DNA from: an uncultured Ruminococcus sp.
GTDB lineage: Bacteria > Bacillota > Clostridia > Oscillospirales > Acutalibacteraceae
Length of the DNA: 64,000 nt
Reading direction: 5' to 3'
Assembly (NCBI GenBank): GCA_902776185.1
Contig: CACYPH010000004.1
Location: forward strand, 6,982-70,981
The position numbers and the translations under genes were made by a program. Under the pieces are notes generated by a model. The model did not search any database. It was given only the letters and a program-made list of their open reading frames with translations, and was not told the origin of the DNA. Shown piece after piece: positions 8,604-18,406 of this stretch; positions within the stretch are counted from its first letter, which is position 1, and the number at the start of each line of letters is the position of its first letter.

Positions 8604-10142
8604 ATGGATACTGTCTTCAAATTTTTATTCGAGTTCTTAGGTCAGTTCTTCGGAGCAATTTGGGGTGCGATTGTCGGTATCTTCACCGGTATCGGCGAGG
8701 CATTCAATTTCCCCAAGTATGTAGAAATGATTGAAAACTACACCACCACCCTCGGTGGACTCGCTTGGGTAATCGCCATCGTCGCTATCATCCTCCTTGT
8801 TGCGGTGCTTGGACTGATCATTTTCTTTATTGTCAAGGGCATTTCCAAGCTCATCAAGTTCAAGAAAAAAGCGAAGGATACCAACGATCTGGTCAATGAG
8901 GTCAATGCGCTGAACAAAGAGGTCATGCGCCTGAATCTTGAGAAAGACAAGATCCTCTCCATGAAGGTCTCTCAGATCGGTCTGAACCCGAACGAGATCT
9001 CCGAGCTGACCGGCGAAGAGCTGGAAGCGCTCAACGCAGAGGGCGAAGAGGAAGAAGAGGCTACCGGCCGCTTCAACAAGCTCGTTACCATCGACGAAGA
9101 GTGGGCGGATTATCAGCCCGAGCCGTACGATTGGGAGATCACCCTTCCCGAGTTCGTTACCCGCTTCCGCAACTTTGCTTGCTCGCGTATGCACTACTGG
9201 TATGAGATCAAGCTCCTCCGCTGCTTTGTCGCAGGCTTTGCATCCGGTCGTCTGACGATCCTGCAAGGTATTTCCGGTACCGGTAAAACTTCACTGCCTT
9301 ACGCATTCGGAAAATATGTTTGCAACCCCGCAGTCATCGCGTCTGTCCAGCCTTCCTGGCGTGACCGTACCGAGCTGTTTGGCTACTACAACGAATTCAC
9401 TAAGAGATATAACGAAACTGAGCTGCTCCGTGCACTGTACGAGGCTTCCTATAACGAAAACGTTTACGTCGTTATCCTCGACGAAATGAACATTGCGCGT
9501 GTTGAGTACTATTTCGCAGAGATGCTGTCCATCCTTGAAATGCCCGCCCACGATGAATGGATCGTCGAGATCGTCGCCGCTCCCTGGCCTGACGACCCGA
9601 AACACCTCGACCACGGCAAGCTCACCATCCCCGATAACATCTGGTACGTTGGTACCGCGAACAACGACGACTCGACCTTCGCTATCACCGATAAGGTTTA
9701 CGACCGTGCGATGCCCATCGACATCAACACCAAGGGCAAGCCCTTCGATGCTCCCGACACACCGCCCTGCCACATCAACTACAAGTATTTCACTCAGCTG
9801 CTGGATGAAGCTGTCAAGGCGAACCCCATTAGCGAGGAGAACCTCAAGAAGATAGAAATCCTCGACGATTACGTCATCGAACACTTCCGTGTTGCTTTCG
9901 GTAACCGTGTTATGAAGCAGATCAACTCCTTCGTACCTGCGTTCGTCGGATGCGGCGGCACCGAGGTTGACGGTATCGACTATGCCCTCTGTAAGAAGGT
10001 ATTCCGTAAGTTTGAGGCGCTCAACATTTCATACATCCGCGACGAGATCGACGGTCTGGTTCAGCAGCTCGATCAGCTCTTCGGTCGTGAGAACATGAAC
10101 GAGTGTAAAGAGTATGTCCGCATGCTCCAGAAGATGACCTGA
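8604..10142 (+). CDS. McrB-like AAA+ NTPase with N-terminal transmembrane segments
   Basis: Walker A QGISGTGKT, SVQPSWRD, Walker B VILDEMNIARVEYYF, NxxD-type GTANNDDST and DKVYDRA; two hydrophobic N-terminal segments followed by a short coiled coil. Confidence 0.8.
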   Translation: MDTVFKFLFEFLGQFFGAIWGAIVGIFTGIGEAFNFPKYVEMIENYTTTLGGLAWVIAIVAIILLVAVLGLIIFFIVKGISKLIKFKKKAKDTNDLVNEVNALNKEVMRLNLEKDKILSMKVSQIGLNPNEISELTGEELEALNAEGEEEEEATGRFNKLVTIDEEWADYQPEPYDWEITLPEFVTRFRNFACSRMHYWYEIKLLRCFVAGFASGRLTILQGISGTGKTSLPYAFGKYVCNPAVIASVQPSWRDRTELFGYYNEFTKRYNETELLRALYEASYNENVYVVILDEMNIARVEYYFAEMLSILEMPAHDEWIVEIVAAPWPDDPKHLDHGKLTIPDNIWYVGTANNDDSTFAITDKVYDRAMPIDINTKGKPFDAPDTPPCHINYKYFTQLLDEAVKANPISEENLKKIEILDDYVIEHFRVAFGNRVMKQINSFVPAFVGCGGTEVDGIDYALCKKVFRKFEALNISYIRDEIDGLVQQLDQLFGRENMNECKEYVRMLQKMT

Positions 10143-10150
10143 TAAAGGTT

Positions 10151-10198
10151 GCCTTCCCCTTGAGGGGAAGGGGGACCGCGTAAGCGGTGGATGAGGTG
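10151..10198 (+). repeat. REP-like two-hairpin repeat, family B
   Basis: gccttccccttgaggggaagggggaccgcgtaagcggtggatgagg. Confidence 0.7.
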
Positions 10199-10262
10199 TT
10201 TGACACTTCGTTTAAATATCCGCTGACCGAGCATAATTTGCATTATTCCTGTAAAGGAAGGA

Positions 10263-12647
10263 GTGATTCCCGTGATTGATTTTACCCGATATTATCGCGC
10301 TTATGCCGAGATGAAAGAGACCCTCGACGGTGACTATGCCCATGACTATTTAACATCTGTTATGGCGGATAATGATGACGGTAACGATGAATTGTCCGGT
10401 AACGCCTATAACCGTGTTATTGACATGGAATGGGTTGAAATGATTGAGGGTAAGCTCCCGTATATCGAAAAGGCGATCGAAGAACAGCGCAAGTTCATCG
10501 AAGAGTATAAAGAAGTTGACCGTATCGATAAGGTCAAGCAGGTCGGTAAGGACGCCGTTCAGCATCTGACCCAGCACGCGAACCTGATCATGGCGATCGA
10601 AGACGACGGCAGCGTTATTCCCGAGCGACTGCTCAATACGCACCGTGAGGATAGCTTCGCAACCTATGAGAACCGCTTCCTGCATACGCTGATCTTCAAA
10701 ACGATCGCATTTGTTGAAGCGAGATTCCGCGCCCTGCAGGACGCGCCTAACGATTCATCCAGTAAACTGCACATGGGTCGTGAGGTCAAGATCGGGCACG
10801 AGCAATTCGGTTTCCAAATCAATCATCATGCCGAGAAGCATGAGCGTGATAAGGTCGACCGTGAGGAAGAGCTTTCCACCTTGACCGACTATGAGCGTAT
10901 CGAGCGTATTCGTATGCGCCTGGATGACTTTGTCGGCACTGACCTGATTAAAGCTCTCAAAGGCTGTATCGCCGTCAAATCCCCTATCAATAAAACCAAC
11001 TGCATCAAACAGGATCCCGCTTTCAAACAGTGTTACGACCTTTGGGTCTTCATCGAAGGCTATCGCAAGACCGGCTACGTTCTCGAGAAAAATGAGTTCG
11101 AGGGTCAGATGCCTGAGGAAGTCCAGAAGGACCTTTACGACGTTATGGCGTTTCAGCATTTCGTCGCTACGATCAATACAAACAAAGCTCTGCGTGAAAA
11201 GCTCCACGCTGAATATGTAGCAGAAAATGAGCGTCGTGCCGCCGAGGCAAATCGCCCCGAAGAGGAAATGGCGCGTTACATCGAAGATAAGATATACGAA
11301 GCCCGTCGTGAAGAGATGGCGCTTCGTCTGAAAGAGGTTCGTGAACGCGAGGTCATTATTGCAAAGCTGACTGCAGAACTCGATCAGGCAAAAGAACAGA
11401 TTCGTATCCGCGACATCAAGATCAAGGAACTCGAATCTACCATCGGTTCTCTGAAGAAAGAACTCGAGGAAACCCGCGAAGAACTTCGCAAAGCGCAGAT
11501 TCGCATCATGGATCTCGAAAAAGAGAATGAGATGCTCAAGGCGCGTATTGCCGAGTTGGAAGCACAGGTTGCCGCTCTTACCGCGAGAGTTGCCGAGCTG
11601 GAAGCACAGGTTGCGACCCTCAACACACGTATCGCAGAGCTCGAGGCTACGATCAACGCCCTCAATGCAGAGATCGAAAACCTCAAAGGCGTTATCGCTC
11701 AGCAGCTTGAGACCATCAAGCAGCACGAAGCGACCATCGCCGGTCAAACTCATACCATTGATGGCTTGAATACGCAGGTAGCGACCTTGACTAATACAGT
11801 CGGCGGTTTGACTGCAGAGAACTCAACGCTCAAAGCGACCATTGATGATCAGAATCGTACATTGAATGAGCAGACTCAGGATATCGCTGTCAAAGCGAAC
11901 ACGATCGCTGAGAATGATGCAACGATTACGAACCTCAGCGGAAAGCTCAATAATCTCCAGGGCGAATATGACGGTCTGGTCGATCGATTCTCCAATTATC
12001 AGAAAGAGCTTGATGCTTTGAATAAAACTATCAACGAAGGTAATGATGAGAACCGCGAGCTGCAGCATCAGATCCGCGTTCATGTCAACACTATCTCCGC
12101 GAAGGATGCGATCATCGCGACCTTGAAGGAAGAAAAGGATGACATGAAGTATCGTATCGAGCATGTTGATTCGATCGAAGCGCAGGCGAAGCGAGAAATC
12201 AACGACGCCCGCACCAAGATGGATCAGGCAGAAGCCGAGAAGATCGCTCTCAGCAATACAGTTGCTACTTATGTTGCTTCGTTCGAAAAACGCGAACAGC
12301 GTATGAAAGAGCTTGAAGCAAAACTCTCAACCGCTGATCTCGAGAAAGAAGCCGGCATGAAGGCTGTCCGCGCTGAATGTGACGCAAAGATTGCACAGAT
12401 CTCTGCTGATTATGAAGCAAAGATCGCTCAGCTTGAGGCTCAGACAGTCGCCGCCTGCAACTTCACAGATGAACAGAAGTACACGGTTCGTCTAAATGCT
12501 GAGAAAAAAGCGATCCAGAAGGATTACGATGCGAAACTCTCCGAGGCTACCAAGAAAGCCCGCAAGTTTGTCAAGAAAGCCAGAGTCCTTGTTGACGACA
12601 GACCTCAGGCTGTTCTCAACCTTCCTGACGTAGAAAAATATTCGTAA
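10263..12647 (+). CDS. DUF2357/McrC-N-like domain fused to a long coiled coil; no nuclease motif seen
   Basis: PERLLN...DSFATYENRFL motif and FKQCYDLWVFI, then ~470 aa of heptad-rich sequence; lies directly after the McrB-like gene. Confidence 0.65.
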   Translation: MIPVIDFTRYYRAYAEMKETLDGDYAHDYLTSVMADNDDGNDELSGNAYNRVIDMEWVEMIEGKLPYIEKAIEEQRKFIEEYKEVDRIDKVKQVGKDAVQHLTQHANLIMAIEDDGSVIPERLLNTHREDSFATYENRFLHTLIFKTIAFVEARFRALQDAPNDSSSKLHMGREVKIGHEQFGFQINHHAEKHERDKVDREEELSTLTDYERIERIRMRLDDFVGTDLIKALKGCIAVKSPINKTNCIKQDPAFKQCYDLWVFIEGYRKTGYVLEKNEFEGQMPEEVQKDLYDVMAFQHFVATINTNKALREKLHAEYVAENERRAAEANRPEEEMARYIEDKIYEARREEMALRLKEVREREVIIAKLTAELDQAKEQIRIRDIKIKELESTIGSLKKELEETREELRKAQIRIMDLEKENEMLKARIAELEAQVAALTARVAELEAQVATLNTRIAELEATINALNAEIENLKGVIAQQLETIKQHEATIAGQTHTIDGLNTQVATLTNTVGGLTAENSTLKATIDDQNRTLNEQTQDIAVKANTIAENDATITNLSGKLNNLQGEYDGLVDRFSNYQKELDALNKTINEGNDENRELQHQIRVHVNTISAKDAIIATLKEEKDDMKYRIEHVDSIEAQAKREINDARTKMDQAEAEKIALSNTVATYVASFEKREQRMKELEAKLSTADLEKEAGMKAVRAECDAKIAQISADYEAKIAQLEAQTVAACNFTDEQKYTVRLNAEKKAIQKDYDAKLSEATKKARKFVKKARVLVDDRPQAVLNLPDVEKYS
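11541..11666 (+). repeat. 3 x 42-bp in-frame tandem repeat (14-aa double heptad)
   Basis: ARIAELEAQVAALT / ARVAELEAQVATLN / TRIAELEATINALN. Confidence 0.8.
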
Positions 12648-12737
12648 GATATTCATTATTAAATCATTTCATCGCATTGATGCGATAACTGTAAGATAAT
12701 CGGTACTGTACAGACAATTGTATGGACGGGGTTTGCA

Positions 12738-13778
12738 ATGAAGAAAAGAGCAAAACTGAAACGTAAAACAATCGGAAAGATTGTCAAAAATTTAATAGTT
12801 TTAGTGACTCTTGCTATTGTTACTTTTGTAGGGATCTTTGCCTGGTTTAAACTTGATCAGGAAGCCGATTCCAGTGGCATCAATATTGTGTCAAAAGTAA
12901 ATGAGAACCTTGAGTTCTTTATTGTTGCGCCGTCCAACGAAGACCAGTACAGTGCGATCAATACATGGCTTAGTACTTATAACACAAATCATCCCACCGC
13001 AACAAAAGATTGGCACAAGGGCTCGTTAACGTTCGATTTTTCTGATGCTGAGCTAAAATTCATGGAAGACCTTTTCCTTTGTGAAACCACGAGTGACGGA
13101 AAAGCGTTCTATATTCCCAAGCTTGTTCAGAACGGCGCAAACGCGTATGTCGATGCAACCGAAGCGTTCAGTGATGCTGTTGCAAATGAGAACTATATGT
13201 CCTTTGACATTTATTTCCGCAGCAATGTAAGCTGTACCATTTCGCTGATGAGTGATTCCAAAATTGAGCCTACGGCAGCCCCCGCAAATACAGACGCGGG
13301 AAAGAAGAACGCTGCTGTCGGCGCTGTCAGAATGGCGGTTGTCGGCAGTGATGCAAACAGCACCCGAGAGCTTCTCTGGATTCCGGCTCCTTGCGTATGG
13401 TATAACGGCCTTACCAAAGACTTATCCACCGGGCTAACTTCCTCAACCTTTGCCGGAAAAGGTCCCGTTTATAATAATAACGGTACAATGGCTCTCCGCA
13501 CTGACGAAGGCACAACCGATCACGCGTATTATACAGTTGTCAATAATGCGAATACACGCCAAAAAGAAAGCGCTAACGGAACCAGCATCATTGCCAGCAC
13601 ATCCGGTGATTATCAGCTTGGCAAGGACGTATCGGTTGTTTCGCTGTCAAATCATGACGGTGAATATTATTACAATCATGTTCGCGTCAATCTTTGGGTC
13701 GAGGGCGAAGACGCCGAGGCGCGTTTGGATATGGTCGGCGGAAAGTTCAATATGTTTCTCGATTTTGACATTGCATGA
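12738..13778 (+). CDS. SipW-signal-peptide protein, fibre-subunit family
   Basis: Signal ...GIFAWFK; ETTSDGKAFYIP; YMSFDIYFRS; AVRMAVV; VNLWVEGEDAE. Confidence 0.7.
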   Translation: MKKRAKLKRKTIGKIVKNLIVLVTLAIVTFVGIFAWFKLDQEADSSGINIVSKVNENLEFFIVAPSNEDQYSAINTWLSTYNTNHPTATKDWHKGSLTFDFSDAELKFMEDLFLCETTSDGKAFYIPKLVQNGANAYVDATEAFSDAVANENYMSFDIYFRSNVSCTISLMSDSKIEPTAAPANTDAGKKNAAVGAVRMAVVGSDANSTRELLWIPAPCVWYNGLTKDLSTGLTSSTFAGKGPVYNNNGTMALRTDEGTTDHAYYTVVNNANTRQKESANGTSIIASTSGDYQLGKDVSVVSLSNHDGEYYYNHVRVNLWVEGEDAEARLDMVGGKFNMFLDFDIA

Positions 13779-13830
13779 TGCACTTGCAAGGAACAAATAA
13801 ATGATAAAACGATGAAAGAGGTGAAATGAT

Positions 13831-15672
13831 ATGAATGTGAGGACATTTCTGAAAGCGCTTGCGTATAAAGCAAAGTGCAGTTCTTCATCCGGAAAAAGAC
13901 TGACAAAATCATATATTTCTCTCTTTTTAGTATTTATCCTCGCGATTTCTTCTACATTCGCGTGGTTCATGGCTAGAGATGCGGCTAAGCTGTACTCCAA
14001 TAATCTTGAGTTCCAGTCTGCATCCTCTCTCCGTATCAACAAGGATAAATCTCTATCCAACCGTATCATCATTGATAACGTAACCCTCGACGAAGCATCC
14101 AGTTTAGACGGCAGAAACCTCTATTTCCCGCTTGGCGCATCGTTCAGTGGCAACACCGCTGATATGTTCTTCCGCGAGGCGAACAAGGGCGACGAAAACG
14201 TCCACTATGTCTATAAGGACTTCGAGCTCAAGGGTACCTCCGGCAACACGCCGGTCTATATCAAGAGCTATGAGATAACGGTAGATGAGGCGGCTACAGC
14301 GCATGATTCCGACGTCAACGCGATTTATCATGACCAGCTGAAGATCAACTATGACGGTAACGGCAAGCCTTCATCTCAGGATTTACCGAAGGATCATTGT
14401 CCTATCCGCCTTGCGTTTATCTCGGACAGCGGTCAAAAACCGGTTGTCATTGATCCATCCGCACAGGTGGTCGACTATGTAGATAATTCGAATATTGACA
14501 GCAACGACTCTTCCAAGGGCGGCGTCGTTTCATTGGTTGATGAAAACGGAGTCCCGACAAGAGAGAGTTCCTATCCTAACTATAACTGGAATTCGTTCCA
14601 GTCCTATTATTACGGCAATACACCTCTCTTTGTTATTCCCGGCGGTCGGACGCTGAACGTCACTCTTGTCGTTTGGCTCGAGGGTACGCTTCCCGATTGT
14701 GACAAATATATCGGCAAGAGAATCTCTATCGATATTGATATCGAGAGTAACTTTGCCGAGATGGATACCATCAAGTTCGTTGATGCTACCTTGCCCGATA
14801 AGACCGGCGGTAAGGAGCATTGGGTCAGTAATGACGATCCGATCATCGCATGTTCTTACGAAGATCCTTATTCGGAAGAACAAGAAAAGCGTTGGAAAAC
14901 GATCATCATGACAAAGTCTCCGTCTGAGAGCTACACATGGACCTGCAAGATTCCGAAAAAAGCCGTCAGCAAGATTTCGTTCTATCGATTAGATCGTACG
15001 AACGGCTCTACGCAGGCAACGATTTATAATGCGTGGCATACACATCCTGACGTGGCGACATGGGTCAACTCCGGGATCAGCAGCTCATGGTATACGAGCG
15101 GAACATTTGATTTGCAGACGACACGGCAATTTACCGATTCAAATGGTAATAAGTATAATTCGCTGGTATACCGTGCAATCCACGGTAACGGCTATGGTCT
15201 GGTAACCGAGTCGACCGTAAACTACAAGGCAAAGCGCCTTTCTCCCTGTATCGGTTACTGGGATACCGAGGGCAACTCCGGCGGCGGTTCCTCGCCCACC
15301 AGCGCGACGACTGCCCCGACAAGCGCCACCAGTGCCACAAGCAGTGGCGGCAGTTCGGCTACTACCTATAGTGTTATTGTAGTCGTTGACACAAAGGGGT
15401 GGGTCGGCAGTAATGTCGGCAGTGGTTCCAGGTTGCATTTCACCACTTCTTCCGGCGGTGATTACGCCTATACTACCTCTACAAATACGACACACTTCGA
15501 ACAAACCTTTACGCTTAACAACAAGGATGAGATCACCGGCTTCTACCTCCTGCATACTGGCGGAGCCAAAACTAATCTGAGGGTGAATTCGATCTTTGAG
15601 GTCACCCGCAATGCGGAGGTTATTTATACCCAGCAGAATGACGATACGCTGACGCCGAATTTGACGTCATAG
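13831..15672 (+). CDS. SipW-signal-peptide protein: subunit domain + putative carbohydrate-binding module + S/T linker + C-terminal beta domain
   Basis: STFAWFM; EASSLDGRNLYFP; VVWLEGTLPDC; Trp-rich module KFVDAT..HWVSND..ISFYR..YNAW; SPTSATTAPTSATSATSS linker. Confidence 0.65.
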   Translation: MNVRTFLKALAYKAKCSSSSGKRLTKSYISLFLVFILAISSTFAWFMARDAAKLYSNNLEFQSASSLRINKDKSLSNRIIIDNVTLDEASSLDGRNLYFPLGASFSGNTADMFFREANKGDENVHYVYKDFELKGTSGNTPVYIKSYEITVDEAATAHDSDVNAIYHDQLKINYDGNGKPSSQDLPKDHCPIRLAFISDSGQKPVVIDPSAQVVDYVDNSNIDSNDSSKGGVVSLVDENGVPTRESSYPNYNWNSFQSYYYGNTPLFVIPGGRTLNVTLVVWLEGTLPDCDKYIGKRISIDIDIESNFAEMDTIKFVDATLPDKTGGKEHWVSNDDPIIACSYEDPYSEEQEKRWKTIIMTKSPSESYTWTCKIPKKAVSKISFYRLDRTNGSTQATIYNAWHTHPDVATWVNSGISSSWYTSGTFDLQTTRQFTDSNGNKYNSLVYRAIHGNGYGLVTESTVNYKAKRLSPCIGYWDTEGNSGGGSSPTSATTAPTSATSATSSGGSSATTYSVIVVVDTKGWVGSNVGSGSRLHFTTSSGGDYAYTTSTNTTHFEQTFTLNNKDEITGFYLLHTGGAKTNLRVNSIFEVTRNAEVIYTQQNDDTLTPNLTS

Positions 15673-15708
15673 TCGTTTAGCTATTATTGTATCAACCCAT
15701 CAAAGGAG

Positions 15709-18378
15709 GTGTTGCAATTGAACAACAGATTCATTGGGGCTGCAAAGAATCAGGCTCGCAAAAAAAGAATAAAGAATATTGCGATTTCAGTTGTGATCCT
15801 CATTGAACTGATCGCGATCGCTGTGGTCGCGTCCTATGCATGGGTTGAAACGGTTTCTTCGATCAAGCTCCAGACAGGCTCGAGCGCTCCCTTAACGGTC
15901 GACACCTATGTTTTCACCGACGCGATGATCGGTAAAAAACCCGGTACGGTCGATCTTGGCGGGTACTTCAAGCAGGCGGGCGATATGCACCTCGCACCTT
16001 GCTCCAGCGCAGACGGAAAGAACTTCTATTTTCCGAAGCTCGCGGCGAACGGTACCTCCGGCTCTACGTCATACCAGACCGGAGCCAATTCTTACAGAAA
16101 GGGAACCGTTTCCGATAAAAACACAAACTATCTCAGCGTCACTTTCCGCTTAAAGGTCGATGATACTGTCGACTTCTTCTTCAATGCGGATCCCAATAAT
16201 TTCCCGGAAGACTTACGCGTATCGATCACCGCTCAGTCTGAGGGCTCCAACGCCACTCCCGAAACAAAGATCTATGCTAAGACGGCGAGTACGGCACAGG
16301 TCGTGAATTCGACCTCCGGCGGTACCGGCAATCCGGCTGTAGAAGCCTTTTCGGCCCACCTTAAGTCCGGCGGTACGACCAAACGCTTATTCTATGTCGG
16401 CGCCGATGAAACAAAGATCGTTACGATCAATATCTGGTGGCAAAATACCACGATGGGTGAATCAAGCTTTGCTGTCGAAAAGGCGCTCAGTAATCTGGTC
16501 TTGGTTTCGTCGTTTACACCGCGAAAGGTTACACTTTACCCGACTTCAACTTGGGATACCGATAATCCGACTTACTATGCATGGTGTTATAAATCCGGCG
16601 GCAGCAGATTGTATAAGCTCCAAAAAGGCGATGACGGTCATTATACTTTTGAGTATAACGGAACTTATAACAATCTGGTATTTGTACGCGCCTGCACAGA
16701 ATGCACGGTAACAGATGGCATATATACCGTTTGGCCGTTTACGACTACCGGTGCAGACTCCAACTCAACTAAAATGTGGAATCAGACCGAGGATTTGGAT
16801 GTGCCTGCGACTCCGGTCGATCCCTCCTACATTATCAGGAGTATGACCGGTGGTACTGATAGCAAGAGTAACGGCTATTGGGAGGAACCGGTAACGGTCA
16901 ATTTGGATTATGTTACCAATCAAGGTTCTGCTTGGGGAACGCTTGAAGGGAAATCATACCTTACCGACACCAGCAGCGCTGTTATTGAAACAGCAAAATC
17001 TTCCGGCGGCACCCATACTAATAAAATCCATGCTCGTCATAATCAATCGATTGAACTCAAGGCAACAGCTAAGTCGGGTTATCGTTTTGTCGGATGGTAC
17101 ACCGACGCGGCGGGTACGACTGCCGCATCAGGCGCGTCTACAACCTCGCCGTATACCCCGACCGTTTCCGAGCCTGCCGGCGGCGAAGTCACCTATTATG
17201 CGAAGTTTGTAAAAACGTATACCTTTACGATTAATCGCTATTTGGACGGTTCTTCTTCGTCCAAAGCGTGCGGTACGATCAAAATCAACGGAGTTTCATC
17301 CTCTTCCGGCACAGCTGCCACAAAGACAGTCGATTCCGGTACTTCTTTAACCTACTCTGCTGCGGCGGCTACCGGATATAGCTTAGAAGGTATTTATACG
17401 CTGCCTTCCGATGGAGAACAGAAGTATGCCCCGGGAGCTTCGGCGTCTTCGATCACGCTGACAAGTAATACGACATATTACGCACGTTTTACAACGAATA
17501 CGCATACTGTAACGCTGAATACGATCGGTTCTACCGGAAGTACGGTTTATTACGGTACTGATAGCGCTAATGCCGGTACGTCTTATACCAAAACCGGCGT
17601 TAAGTACAACACCAGCGTCACGATCCATGCAAACCCTGCCGCCGGTTATAAGTTCGTCGGATGGTACACCAATTCTTCCGGTACCGGAACAGCGGAAAGT
17701 ACCAGTGCTGATTATACCTTTACATTGGGCGACGCCAATGTAACGTATTATGCAAAGTTTGAAAAATTGAATGATACAGTTATTTATGTTTCACCCAGAG
17801 CGGATTGGGGCGATAATTATTACATAAGATTGTATCAAGGTTCCGGCACTAATGTTATAGATAGCAACAATGGATTTGTAAAGGCAGATTATGATAGCAA
17901 CACAGGTTATTATAAGGCTACTTTCTCAACATCTAAAACTGGTACATTCTACGCAATACTTGCCAAGGATAATAACCACACTGACAAGGTTCCGAGCTCC
18001 GGTGGATATACCGGTACATTAGGTACAGATTATCTCTTTGAGTATAATCAATCTGCCACTGCGTTAACTGCATATACCAATCAGCGCTGTATCTGGTTCA
18101 TTGATGGTACAACTAATCATTTTGTCGGAAATGATGGAGCGAAAATGCGAATAAACATTTGGAATGGTTCGACATATGATATGAGATCTATTGGAAGCTA
18201 CTGCTATGTTTATGATTTCAGCACAGGTACCGAATTTTCCAATGCAAGTGGTGTAACATTTAAGCGTACTGATTCAAGTAATAATCAGTGGAATTACTGG
18301 AATGCTACTCCGACATCTGGAAAGAGTCAATATACATCAACCGGCACAGGTAGCAACAACGGTTCTTGGACGAATTAG
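15709..18378 (+). CDS. Large SipW-signal-peptide adhesin-like protein with CBM26-like modules and 3 InlB-B/Flg_new-like repeats
   Basis: SYAWVE; LAPCSSADGKNFYFP; TWDTDNPTYYAW...VFVR...WNQTEDL; repeats GYRFVGWY..YYAKF, GYSLEGIY..YYARF and GYKFVGWY..YYAKF; Trp-rich C-terminus. Confidence 0.65.
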   Translation: MLQLNNRFIGAAKNQARKKRIKNIAISVVILIELIAIAVVASYAWVETVSSIKLQTGSSAPLTVDTYVFTDAMIGKKPGTVDLGGYFKQAGDMHLAPCSSADGKNFYFPKLAANGTSGSTSYQTGANSYRKGTVSDKNTNYLSVTFRLKVDDTVDFFFNADPNNFPEDLRVSITAQSEGSNATPETKIYAKTASTAQVVNSTSGGTGNPAVEAFSAHLKSGGTTKRLFYVGADETKIVTINIWWQNTTMGESSFAVEKALSNLVLVSSFTPRKVTLYPTSTWDTDNPTYYAWCYKSGGSRLYKLQKGDDGHYTFEYNGTYNNLVFVRACTECTVTDGIYTVWPFTTTGADSNSTKMWNQTEDLDVPATPVDPSYIIRSMTGGTDSKSNGYWEEPVTVNLDYVTNQGSAWGTLEGKSYLTDTSSAVIETAKSSGGTHTNKIHARHNQSIELKATAKSGYRFVGWYTDAAGTTAASGASTTSPYTPTVSEPAGGEVTYYAKFVKTYTFTINRYLDGSSSSKACGTIKINGVSSSSGTAATKTVDSGTSLTYSAAAATGYSLEGIYTLPSDGEQKYAPGASASSITLTSNTTYYARFTTNTHTVTLNTIGSTGSTVYYGTDSANAGTSYTKTGVKYNTSVTIHANPAAGYKFVGWYTNSSGTGTAESTSADYTFTLGDANVTYYAKFEKLNDTVIYVSPRADWGDNYYIRLYQGSGTNVIDSNNGFVKADYDSNTGYYKATFSTSKTGTFYAILAKDNNHTDKVPSSGGYTGTLGTDYLFEYNQSATALTAYTNQRCIWFIDGTTNHFVGNDGAKMRINIWNGSTYDMRSIGSYCYVYDFSTGTEFSNASGVTFKRTDSSNNQWNYWNATPTSGKSQYTSTGTGSNNGSWTN

Positions 18379-18406
18379 TTAATGATTATAACAGGGAGGT
18401 GAAACC

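Noticed and set aside
8604-12647. Canonical McrBC restriction system or SMC-like protein
   Set aside because: No DNA-binding domain or PD-(D/E)xK motif was recognised, and the coiled-coil protein lacks Walker motifs and a hinge. A defence role is not fully excluded.
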